From NCBI GenBank assembly GCA_017395245.1, contig JAFPVR010000107.1, forward strand, positions 9,575 to 73,574: 64,000 bases of DNA, read 5' to 3'. The position numbers and the translations under genes were made by a program. Positions 38,401-45,620 of the stretch are shown one piece after another. Each line of letters starts with the position of its first letter. The stretch's first letter is position 1. This DNA is from Bacteroidales bacterium (GTDB lineage Bacteria > Bacteroidota > Bacteroidia > Bacteroidales > WCHB1-69). The notes beneath the pieces are model-generated. The model searched no databases and had not been told where the DNA came from. It saw nothing but the letters and a program-made list of their open reading frames with translations.

Positions 38401-41400
38401 TCGTTGAACTCAACTGGTGTCTATGCCGATACGCTGTTCACCGTTGCCGGATGTGACAGCATCCTCGTTTTGAACCTGCGAGTTGAAGATGTCTATGAAA
38501 TCCCGTTGCAAGAATCTATCTGCCAAGGTGATACATTCCTATTCTTTGGCCAGATGCTTACGCAATCCGGCGTCTACACCGATACGCTGCAAACGAGCTC
38601 GGGATGCGACAGTGTCATTATCTTGAATCTGACCGTCAATCCGACCTACAACATTCCCTTCACGGTCACCATTTGTCAGGGCGATGCGTTCTTTTTCTTT
38701 GGTCAATTACTTACCGAAGAGGGAGTTTACGCCGATACGATGCAGACCGTTGCTGGCTGTGACAGTGTGATTACCTTGACCTTGGTCGTCAATCCGACCT
38801 ACAACATTCCCGTTTCGGGTGCTATCTGTCAGGGCGACACGTTCCTCTTCTTCGATCAGCAGCTTACCGAAGAGGGTGAATACACCAAAACGCTGCAAAC
38901 TGTCAAGGGTTGTGACAGTGTGATTACCCTGACACTGACCGTCAACCCGACTTACAGCATACCGGTTTCGGAAGCCATTTGCGCGGGCGACACGTTCGAT
39001 TTCCATGGGGAATCGCTCACCGAAGCGGGTGTTTACCTCGATACGTTGCAAACTATCAGCGGCTGCGACAGCATTATTGTCCTGAATCTTTCGGTCAACC
39101 CAGTCTACTATATTACTTTGTCGGATACCATTTGCGCAGGCGACACGTTCTATTTCTTCAGTCTGGCTCTAACCTCGGCGGGTGTCTATACAGACACTTT
39201 GCAGTCTATCAGCGGCTGCGACAGTATCATTACGTTGAATCTGGTGGCCAATCCTGTGTATAACATCCCTTTATCAGCGGAAATCTGTGCGGGCGACACG
39301 TTCCTGTTTTTCGGCCAAAGTCTCATGACGACGGGTCTCTATACGGACACCTTGCAGACTGTAAACGGCTGTGACAGTGTCATTTCCTTGCATCTGACGG
39401 TTAATGAGGCTACGAGCGAGACAATTGTTGTCAACATTGTGGAGAACGACCTGCCGTACGAAATCAATCAGACGAGTTACGATTCTGCCGGCACCTATAT
39501 CCAACATCTCACCAATGCCGCCGATTGCGACAGCCTGTTGACGATTCATTTGTTTGTGGCGAACAACACGATTACGCATCAACAAGCCATGATTTGTCAG
39601 AACATGCTTCCGGCTGTATGGCAAGGCCATGTCTGGCAGGGGGCGGGAGTTATTATTGACACGTTGGAGGCCGCTAATGGCGCGGACAGCATTGTGGTGC
39701 TGACTCTGACAGTGGGACTGCCCACGGAAAGTGAACTTTACGATACTATATTACAGAATAACCTTCCGTATGTGCTGAACGACAGTAGCTATTTTGCGAC
39801 GGGTGTTTATGTACAACAACGGATTAATGTCGCTGGCTGCGACAGCACTATCACATTTCATTTGACAGTATTGCTTAATCAGCGGACTGAATTGGACAGC
39901 ACCGTGTGCGACAGCCTGTTGCCTGTGGTTTGGAACGGGATAACGTTTACCGATGCAGGTGTGGATTCGGTCTTGTTGGAGGCATCTAATGGTGTTGACA
40001 GTACCGTGGTGATGACGGTGAATGTAAAACCCTCTTCTGATAGTACGTTGATTGTAAGCGTGATAGAAAACAGTCTTCCCTATGTGCTCAACGATTTTGA
40101 ATACGGTGATCCGGGGACGTATACCCAAAGTCTCGATAACGCTATCGGGTGTGACAGCACGCTTACGCTGGTGCTCACAGTCCTGTACAATGTGCGTACG
40201 GAGGTGGACAGCGTCGTATGCGACAGTTTGCTGCCAATTACTTGGAACGGTGTGGAATTCACGGGTGCGGGCGCAGATTCCGTCCTGTTAACAGCCTCCA
40301 CGCAAGTCGATAGTCTGGTGGTTATGACCTTGACGGTGAATTATCCGACGACCGGATTGGTGACGGACACCGTCGTGCAGAACAACCTGCCGTATTTGTT
40401 GAATGGTACAGAATATGATACCACGGGTATTTATCTCCAACATCTGGCAAACGTTTCCGGTTGTGACAGCACGCTCACCCTTGATTTGACGGTGTTGTAT
40501 AATGTGAAAACATACTTGGACAGCACAGTTTGCGATAGTCTGTTGCCTGTGCAATGGAATGGAATCACATTCACCGAAGCGGGTATGGACACGGTTATCT
40601 ACCAGGCTGCAAATGGGGCGGATAGTATGGTGGTTATGACGTTGAATGTCAACGCTTCGTCATATAACACTATAATAGTCAACGAAATAGAAAATAATCT
40701 GCCGTACACGCACAACGGTATTGATTACGATTCTTCAGGAATATATATTCAGCACTTGGAGAATGCGTTGGGCTGTGACAGCACGCTCATCATTGAGTTG
40801 ACAGTGCTGTACAATGTGCGGGCCGAGGTGGACAGCGTCGTGTGCGACAGCCTGTTGCCAATTACTTGGAACGGGGTGGAATTTTCTGGTGCAGGCACGG
40901 ATTCCGTCACCATATTGGCGGCCTCCGGTGTAGACAGTACGGTGGTGATGACCGTGACGATAGCCTATCCGACGGAAGGAACGTTCGCGGACACGGTAGT
41001 GGAAAACAGCCTGCCGTATCAGCTTAACGGTTTCTCTTACGATTCGGCGGGTGTTTATACGCAACATCTGACCAATGTTGACGGTTGTGACAGTACGCTC
41101 ACGTTTGGGCTGACTGTGCTGTACAATGTGGCTTCCGAGGCGGATAGTGCGGTCTGTCCGAATGCGCTGCCGATAGTTTGGAACGGCAAGACGTTCACAG
41201 CAGCGGGGGTGCAGTCGGCTGTGCTGACTGCTGCTAACGGGGTGGACAGTACAGTGACCATGACGGTCACTACGCTGCCGAGCCCAACGGCCCACATTTC
41301 CGGACCTTCTGTGCTTTGTGCCGATTCGTACACCACGCTAACGGCTGACAGTGCCATGTCGTATCTTTGGAGCAACGGCATGACAACGCAGAGTATCAAT

Positions 41401-44400
41401 GTGCATGCTACGGGTTCTTACAGCGTGACGGTAACTAACGAATTGGGATGCACCGCTTCTGAAACGTATGTTGTGGGCAATATGGTGACGGTGGATCCGT
41501 TGACCGCTATCAACCTCCCGTCCCATCTGTGCGCCGGAAACAGCTACACAATGACCGCTGGCTACCACTCAACAGACAATTTCGTCATCGGTGCCATTGA
41601 GGAGACGCATTCTGTGGCGGAGACCGTGTTCCTTCCCGACGGGATTTACTGTTCTCCTTACGGCTGCTCCTACCAGTCGCCGCTGACGTTCACCGATTTC
41701 GCCGCCGGTTCCACCGTGACCAATGTCAACGACATCCGTTATGTGCGTCTTAACATGGAGCACTCTTACGCCGGTGACATCTACATCAATATCACCTGTC
41801 CCAACGGGCAGAAGGCGGATATTATGAAGTATGCCGGTACGGGCACGTCCAGTTGTACGGGTTCCATTCCTGCGGGTTCCATCGGTTGGCAAAGCGGTAA
41901 CAATGCCAGCCAATCGACCTTTTTCGGAATGGCATACGACTATTCCACAACAAGTTGCAATTCCTCGGTCTCGGCCAATGCTCCGGGTGTCGGTTGGAAC
42001 TATTGCTGGTCGAACAACACCGACCAGGGTTATAGTTATGCGCCAGGGACCGGCAGCTTGATTTACCGGTCGGCTAACTCGCATTATCACCCATACGCAT
42101 ACGGAACGAATTCGGTATCGATTTTCGACTCCTCGAATGTGGCGGCGGGCACTCAATTCTATCATCCCGACCAGTCGTTTTCCAGTTTGATTGGATGTCC
42201 GCTGAACGGTTCTTGGTACATCGAAGTGGTGGATGGTTATTCGATCGACAACGGCTATCTTTTCGGATGGGAACTTGCATTGGCCTCCACCTTTGCCACC
42301 TCGAACAACACAGAGGTGGTTGCGGTGACGGTGGAGGGTCCGTGGGCGACGATGACGGATACCACCACCTTCGTCATTTCCCCGCCGGATACGTTGCAAC
42401 ATGATACGCTGGCCGCCTACACCGTCCATTTTTACGATGAAAACGGCTGCGGTTACGATACGGTGGTCTTCCTTAATGTTTATGCGCAAAGCCACATCGC
42501 TTTTGACACGACGGTCTGCAACAGTTTTGTTTGGGCCGGAACCACCTACACTCAAAGCCAGATCATTACTTGGAACGGGGTCAATGCGCATGGCTGTGAC
42601 AGCACCGTTGCCATCAATTTGAGCGTCTATCCCAATCCTGCGGTCTCCATCACGGGTCAGCCTGTGGCTTGCGTGGACGATACCGCGAATTTGGTCGCTG
42701 CCTGTGCGGATACGACGGCTCTCCTTGTCTGGAGTACCGGCGACACTGCGCAGACGATTACTGTGACAACGGCAGGTACCTATACCGTGACGGCCACCAA
42801 TGTGGGCGGTTGCACTTCCGAATCCACCGTCACAGTTGCGTTTTCCAGTCCGAGCCAGTCCACTACCGACACGACGGTCTGCGACAGTTTCCTTTGGAAC
42901 GGCACGCTTTACACCCAGACAGGCACTTATAAGGACACTTTGACGAACGCTGCAGGCTGTGACAGTATTGCAACGCTCAATCTGACAGTGAAATACAGCT
43001 ATCTGACTCACGATACGCTGCAGCTTTTGCAGAGCCAGCTGCCCTATCATTTCGTGCCATCCGACACCACTTTCGCGTACGGTTCACCGGCGGAGTTCCA
43101 GTTCAGTTACACGCTCCCTGCCCAAAACGGCTGCGATTCTGTGATTTTGGAGAAAGTATACATCTACATGAACTATTCCCAGTCGTTTGACACGACCGTT
43201 TGTGCCAGTGCGGTGCCGTTGACCTGGCACGGGCATACTTTCACGGCCACGGCGACAGTCACCGATTCGTTGCAGACCGTGCATGGCAGCGACAGTGTGC
43301 TGACCTATACGGTGACGGTGGATGTAATCAGCGCAAACATCGGCAATGTCACCCATATTGCCTGTTACGGTGACAATACCGGTGCGGCCACAGCGACGGT
43401 CACAGGCGGTATATCGCCGTTGACCTATCAATGGACGAACGGAGCAGGGGCTTCGGTGTCGTCCACGACTCAGATTAGCAATCGGCCGGCAGGCGACTAC
43501 ACGTTTACTGTCACAGATGCTGCCGGCTGCTCGGCCACCGCTTCGGTGACACTCAACACGTTGCATGGGCAGATGCTGTCGGGAACCATTTCCGGTCCGC
43601 AGACGTTCTGTTTTGGCGACACGGTTGGCACGATTTCCGGCACGGCGGCCACCGGCGACGGCTGCGTCTATCAGTGGCAGATTTCCGCCGACGGCACGTC
43701 ATGGACGCCGTTGCAGGGAACCAACAACACCCAGAATTATACGTTCCAGACACCCGTGACCAACTCCTTCCATCTGCGCCGCGCCTGGATAAGCACCGAT
43801 TGCGGCACGCTCTACAGCGATACGTTGGACATCTCCGTTTGGCCCGTCTCCAGCGACACCATCTATGATGACATCTGTGTGGGTAATCCTTATAATGAGC
43901 ATGGTTTCAACATTTCCGAGACGGAAACCGTAGGTTTAGGCACCCTGACTTCTTGGATACATTACACCAGTGTCCATGGCTGCGACAGTACGGTGACGCT
44001 GATACTCGACATACACGAACCAAGGGAGACGGATATCAGTGCGGAAGTCTGTGAAGGCACTGGATATTACGAGAACGGATTTGCTATTCCGGCTTCGGAG
44101 ACGGTCGGGGAGGATTCCCTCTCCCGCGTTCTCAATCTACAGACCGTTGACGGATGTGACAGTGTTGTGCGGTTGGCGATTACCGTCATCGATACAGCGT
44201 TGCGTATTGTCAGTCCCACAGCTGATTTTTGCGAAGACATGTCGGCGGAACTGTTTGTGGTAACGAACATGACAGACTACGAATGGAGCACCGGCGAGCA
44301 GACGCCGAATATCACGGTGACGGTCCCCGGCGTGTACAAAGTGACGGCTTCGGAGGGCGGCTGCAGTGTCACGGCGCGGTATGTTATCGAGCCTTGCGTA

Positions 44401-44682
44401 TATCAGCTTTACCTGCCCAACGCTATCACGCCCGCTCGTGGCGACGGCCTCAACGACTACTTCTACATTCCGGAGCTCGCGAAAGGTTCAATCAACCTGT
44501 TCGAAATCAGCGTTTTCAACCGCTGGGGTGAGATGGTGTTCTACTCCACCGACAAGAATTTCCAGTGGAACGGCGAATACAAGGGGAAGATTTACCACCA
44601 GACGGTCTATACCTACGTTATCGAATATACGGACTATGCAGGTCGGCCGTTCCGCGTGACGGGAACGATAACGGTGTTGTAA
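32455..44682 (+). CDS. Giant (4075 aa) T9SS type-B sorting-domain surface protein, adhesin-like
   Basis: Signal peptide MRRAVAILMLWMLCCGWISAQ. The body carries Ig/SprB-like repeats, three P-domain-like modules and about 35-40 Cys-containing ~52-aa repeats. The C-terminus LYLPNAITPARGDGLNDYFYI...FNRWGEMVFYS...WNG matches the gliding-motility-associated C-terminal domain. Confidence 0.9.
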   Translation: MRRAVAILMLWMLCCGWISAQQQHFPYNVDVQILPGHCYDDSHLIFTLTDDNGNIIQIDPQTHNAVNLGQYPLYNVQYHYQSVSGGLGVHYDYDNDIMLSAGTYCVGVVAEIPAAGGSYTQVDTTFCNVQVTTSYDHLEATALSNVAYDNDGDVERYGFRASFHCADVGRIQLRIVQGSFPYTVTILDEQQDTVRHTVFYYRANSGNNPYAASYRDYYTFDSLPIGTYSIYVSDSCGYTVPLAFNIPDYEPARYLALVKSDLSGCLDETVVPFVVERRYPSGIGAIWCNYNYSYMDSILMYRFINPGGDTTEWKNINTPGYAATWVSVYDTFPSYCNIFYDTIKMQLHDLCHDTLMTYSFRFLPQFGFSDSIVEVYQQDTIIHDTCATHLPNGVSTQTYKIWGSTWTGAGKTIYGSAYSAYPVPFRYYRCPLSYNIWSLPDSTLLGHDQSDEFTGLGTWETYFADTSLHVYVSVTDAQGCTLADKDTVLVYQTEPVDELLFWYECHNDKDDDGKDHCCADRYLWIQEHGVDADTFRRNMTLRLIESPLYNQFNFTAIRQDGVWTVTPDDPNNHSTYLEFSYEDGWRATVRDSVCLPPGRYTFEVSTDCGVDTITYSWAGYYYDTLDFVSAPQYEIQQLCGDMVFTQISTGLVNYMYFIDPEVSNDIPEETIPNYACSSYSPDGGSDYRDSHGRNVLVFSIPGTYSITTYAYNWYCSNCADWCSEYHYHYDTITVAFSYVDFDMAAALLCDASATTGIVTAQAINGNSPYTYTLYSQWGATGDVIATNTTGFFDNVPMTVGQHFSVQVTDSCQISFSVNLTATLLTHGSLVWEQNANTGLHCAGDTVQLTAMNFPPPATYQWSGPNGFSSTSQTVDVVLPDYSENGWYTVEILNSDICGMSVFDSILVSMAPDPQVTITGDTTVCPGGSLILQASSSIGESSYFWSTGDTTSTITATQDQATEYTVTATSPVGCTGTASKTVEIQAPNPISTHVYLCSDSTTTLTARAADAYAWSTGATTSFITVSAAGIYRVTATPSDGCSVVDTFVVTTVKVNGISNIDIPDICAGDTAAITVGHAASCNLTIITHETILALNDTVFLPDGADCLPYGCSYQSSLHFAGYEDTAKVNSVDDIRYVRLNIEHSYAGDIYINITCPNGQKADIIRWGDYQQFPSDAQTYCASDISNSSKGWQSDVEGSYNASQGTDFGVPYNHSDSGFPCDATRPNNAPGTGWNYCWSNNTSEGYTYAEGTGSLIYRECNAVFNYDATPTYITWPIPMAVYPKSFDSSNVAAGTQFYHPDESFDSLVGCPLNGDWYIEVLDGINVDNGYIFGWELALTPDIQMIEYVDVVSTTVDGPWVTATSDSSFLFTPPANLPNDTTISYTFHCHSPFGCGYDTVVSVTFHPRQDIVIDTTACNSLVWNGVTYTTDTTFTDSLTNIHGCDSIITVNIHVITTPSVDIIGSHYFCPGDTVMLTAVAGGQAQYLWSNGETDSTITVTEAGVYTVTAYFPGGCSAESDEFHLFEVENPILGGFLNDMVAGDTQTVVIGTMAGDNLQYQLPQSTLTYSTVTFLPDGEPCGDPPSCSYKATMSFSGFPETAVIHSADEIRYIRLKVEHSWIKDLYINLTCPSGKSADILKKFNGNSSSPCLDSISPSHRGWQDNYFASTNTSIYFGYAFWKSDNGNRCDPNRPDNQPGIGWNYCWSNNTTEGYQYAPGAGSLIYEPENVHSHTVDYLTKYVVDSSDAAAGTNFYHPDVPFDSLVGCPVNGLWTVEVIDGIQGDNGYIFECELSVAEQLCSTHYAHVSEIGFEGLWAENGSADSSFVITPPADLANDTVVGYTFTLTDENGCVFDTTIYIHIYAHKHTDLYDTVPTDELPYVWNGPTITHAGCSDTLLFTTHGADSVVTMHLSVIYPFDTTICTNVFPLSWHGHTFNGVDTLTISHPLACGCDSMEVLTVAESPVYQDTSYVSVCESNLPYMWRGQSLNSTGVYADTLFTVAGCDSILVLNLRVEDVYEIPLQESICQGDTFLFFGQMLTQSGVYTDTLQTSSGCDSVIILNLTVNPTYNIPFTVTICQGDAFFFFGQLLTEEGVYADTMQTVAGCDSVITLTLVVNPTYNIPVSGAICQGDTFLFFDQQLTEEGEYTKTLQTVKGCDSVITLTLTVNPTYSIPVSEAICAGDTFDFHGESLTEAGVYLDTLQTISGCDSIIVLNLSVNPVYYITLSDTICAGDTFYFFSLALTSAGVYTDTLQSISGCDSIITLNLVANPVYNIPLSAEICAGDTFLFFGQSLMTTGLYTDTLQTVNGCDSVISLHLTVNEATSETIVVNIVENDLPYEINQTSYDSAGTYIQHLTNAADCDSLLTIHLFVANNTITHQQAMICQNMLPAVWQGHVWQGAGVIIDTLEAANGADSIVVLTLTVGLPTESELYDTILQNNLPYVLNDSSYFATGVYVQQRINVAGCDSTITFHLTVLLNQRTELDSTVCDSLLPVVWNGITFTDAGVDSVLLEASNGVDSTVVMTVNVKPSSDSTLIVSVIENSLPYVLNDFEYGDPGTYTQSLDNAIGCDSTLTLVLTVLYNVRTEVDSVVCDSLLPITWNGVEFTGAGADSVLLTASTQVDSLVVMTLTVNYPTTGLVTDTVVQNNLPYLLNGTEYDTTGIYLQHLANVSGCDSTLTLDLTVLYNVKTYLDSTVCDSLLPVQWNGITFTEAGMDTVIYQAANGADSMVVMTLNVNASSYNTIIVNEIENNLPYTHNGIDYDSSGIYIQHLENALGCDSTLIIELTVLYNVRAEVDSVVCDSLLPITWNGVEFSGAGTDSVTILAASGVDSTVVMTVTIAYPTEGTFADTVVENSLPYQLNGFSYDSAGVYTQHLTNVDGCDSTLTFGLTVLYNVASEADSAVCPNALPIVWNGKTFTAAGVQSAVLTAANGVDSTVTMTVTTLPSPTAHISGPSVLCADSYTTLTADSAMSYLWSNGMTTQSINVHATGSYSVTVTNELGCTASETYVVGNMVTVDPLTAINLPSHLCAGNSYTMTAGYHSTDNFVIGAIEETHSVAETVFLPDGIYCSPYGCSYQSPLTFTDFAAGSTVTNVNDIRYVRLNMEHSYAGDIYINITCPNGQKADIMKYAGTGTSSCTGSIPAGSIGWQSGNNASQSTFFGMAYDYSTTSCNSSVSANAPGVGWNYCWSNNTDQGYSYAPGTGSLIYRSANSHYHPYAYGTNSVSIFDSSNVAAGTQFYHPDQSFSSLIGCPLNGSWYIEVVDGYSIDNGYLFGWELALASTFATSNNTEVVAVTVEGPWATMTDTTTFVISPPDTLQHDTLAAYTVHFYDENGCGYDTVVFLNVYAQSHIAFDTTVCNSFVWAGTTYTQSQIITWNGVNAHGCDSTVAINLSVYPNPAVSITGQPVACVDDTANLVAACADTTALLVWSTGDTAQTITVTTAGTYTVTATNVGGCTSESTVTVAFSSPSQSTTDTTVCDSFLWNGTLYTQTGTYKDTLTNAAGCDSIATLNLTVKYSYLTHDTLQLLQSQLPYHFVPSDTTFAYGSPAEFQFSYTLPAQNGCDSVILEKVYIYMNYSQSFDTTVCASAVPLTWHGHTFTATATVTDSLQTVHGSDSVLTYTVTVDVISANIGNVTHIACYGDNTGAATATVTGGISPLTYQWTNGAGASVSSTTQISNRPAGDYTFTVTDAAGCSATASVTLNTLHGQMLSGTISGPQTFCFGDTVGTISGTAATGDGCVYQWQISADGTSWTPLQGTNNTQNYTFQTPVTNSFHLRRAWISTDCGTLYSDTLDISVWPVSSDTIYDDICVGNPYNEHGFNISETETVGLGTLTSWIHYTSVHGCDSTVTLILDIHEPRETDISAEVCEGTGYYENGFAIPASETVGEDSLSRVLNLQTVDGCDSVVRLAITVIDTALRIVSPTADFCEDMSAELFVVTNMTDYEWSTGEQTPNITVTVPGVYKVTASEGGCSVTARYVIEPCVYQLYLPNAITPARGDGLNDYFYIPELAKGSINLFEISVFNRWGEMVFYSTDKNFQWNGEYKGKIYHQTVYTYVIEYTDYAGRPFRVTGTITVL
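35707..36466 (+). other. P-domain-like module 1 (proprotein-convertase P/Homo-B-like, with a long insert)
   Basis: TVFLPDG...VRLNIEHSYAGDIYINITCPNGQKADI...GWNYCWSNNT...CPLNGDWYIEVLDGINVDNGYIFGWELAL. Confidence 0.6.
37123..37830 (+). other. P-domain-like module 2
   Basis: VTFLPDG...IRLKVEHSWIKDLYINLTCPSGKSADI...GWNYCWSNNT...CPVNGLWTVEVIDGIQGDNGYIFECELSV. Confidence 0.6.
38050..41273 (+). repeat. 21 consecutive ~50-55-aa Cys repeats (in-frame ~156-165-nt coding repeats)
   Basis: Each unit follows C-x2-3-(LP/GD)...W/F..G...G.Y.DTL....GCDS.(4-5)L.L.V. Units 4-9 (38494-39405) are near-identical. Units 10-21 (39405-41273) alternate between two subtypes. Confidence 0.85.
41590..42288 (+). other. 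P-domain-like module 3
   Basis: TVFLPDG...VRLNMEHSYAGDIYINITCPNGQKADI...GWNYCWSNNT...CPLNGSWYIEVVDGYSIDNGYLFGWELAL. It is protein-identical to module 1 over stretches, but with many synonymous DNA differences. Confidence 0.6.
44394..44679 (+). other. T9SS type-B C-terminal sorting domain (within the giant CDS)
   Basis: CVYQLYLPNAITPARGDGLNDYFYIPEL...ISVFNRWGEMVFYSTDKNFQWNGEYKGK...YTYVIEY. Confidence 0.8.
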
Positions 44683-44718
44683 ACGCGCCAACGGCACGTC
44701 TCTACATTATTTGGAGGT

Positions 44719-44746
44719 GTAGAAACGCAAAATTTTGCGTCTCTAC
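44719..44746. repeat. GTAGAGACGC palindrome family, copy 3 (left arm GTAGAAACGC)
   Basis: GTAGAAACGCAAAATTTTGCGTCTCTAC sits between the convergent giant gene and ispD and overlaps the ispD stop by 4 nt. A degenerate partial copy (...CACGTCTCTAC) lies at about 44678-44705. Confidence 0.8.
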
Positions 44747-45453
44747 GATTCCCATGAAAAATTTTTTTCCAAGGTAACAATATCTTCCGGGTAGGTGAGC
44801 TTCATATTGGCGACCTCACCGGGAACGATGAATATCGGCACATCAGGACAATAGCGGAGGAGCACGCCGCAGTCGTCGGTGCTGGTGAAATTCGGGTCTT
44901 GCAGGGCTTTGCGGTAGGCTTCCCGGATGACGTCTATGCGGAAGGCCTGCGGGGTCTGGGCGCAGCGCAGCCGCTTGCGTGCAGGTATCGCGGTGATGAA
45001 ATCCCCGTCATCGGTCACTTCGAAAACCGTGTCTGTGGCGGGAATGGCGACAGCCACGGCAGGATGGGCCTCTAATGCCGTAACAGTTTCGGTGATAATC
45101 CGTTGGCTCACCGCCGGACGGGCCGCATCGTGGAAGATGAGGTTGACATCGCTTGCCCCGTCGTAGGCATTGATGGCGGCCAATGTGGAATAATGCCTTT
45201 CCGCACCGCCGGGCAGCAGTTTGCGCACCTTCCGCCAGCCATTTCGGTCGATAATCTCCTGCATCTGCGGCAGATAGTCGGCGTTCATCACCACCGCAAT
45301 CTCGTCGATGCCTTCGTTTTGCTCGAATGCCTCGATGCTGTGCTCGATGACGGTTTTCCCCGCCAACGGCAGGAACTGTTTCGGCAGCGCAGAACCGAAC
45401 CGCTGGCCACTGCCACCGGCGAGGATTACTGCTATGTTCCTGATGTCGTTCAT
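44743..45453 (-). CDS. ispD: 2-C-methyl-D-erythritol 4-phosphate cytidylyltransferase
   Basis: MNDIRNIAVILAGGSGQRFGSALPKQFLPLAGK... Confidence 0.9.
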   Translation of the reverse strand: MNDIRNIAVILAGGSGQRFGSALPKQFLPLAGKTVIEHSIEAFEQNEGIDEIAVVMNADYLPQMQEIIDRNGWRKVRKLLPGGAERHYSTLAAINAYDGASDVNLIFHDAARPAVSQRIITETVTALEAHPAVAVAIPATDTVFEVTDDGDFITAIPARKRLRCAQTPQAFRIDVIREAYRKALQDPNFTSTDDCGVLLRYCPDVPIFIVPGEVANMKLTYPEDIVTLEKNFSWES

Positions 45454-45480
45454 CGTATTATTATCGTCATTCGTTCCAAT

Positions 45481-45536
45481 CCCAGGGTTGCGGCTTCGCC
45501 TTACCCTGGGCTACCGAGCTTTTGCCCCTGCGGGGC
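45481..45536 (-). repeat. GNA-triloop double-hairpin element, copy 2 (subfamily A)
   Basis: Sense strand: GCCCC-GCA-GGGGC, 12-nt spacer, CCCAGGGT-aagGCGAAGCcgca-ACCCTGGG. It ends 27 nt upstream of the ispD ATG. Confidence 0.8.
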
Positions 45537-45572
45537 TGCTCAAGGAATAATACTATATATAAAAACTGCCCA

Positions 45573-45620
45573 GTGTTCAAGTTTCAAGTTTCAAGTCCAA
45601 AGTCTTAAGTCTTAAGTCTA
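45573..45620. repeat. Heptamer array (GTGTTCA, AGTTTCA x2, AGTCCAA, AGTCTTA x2, AGTCTAT)
   Basis: Seven phased units that abut the yitT stop codon. Confidence 0.85.

Noticed and set aside
41569-43050. 493-aa minus-strand ORF inside the giant gene (also 37636-38280, 40735-41295, 36460-37014)
   Set aside because: These are Arg-rich antisense frames of a continuous 12.2-kb + strand ORF that has clear domain repeats. They have no promoter boxes or independent signals.
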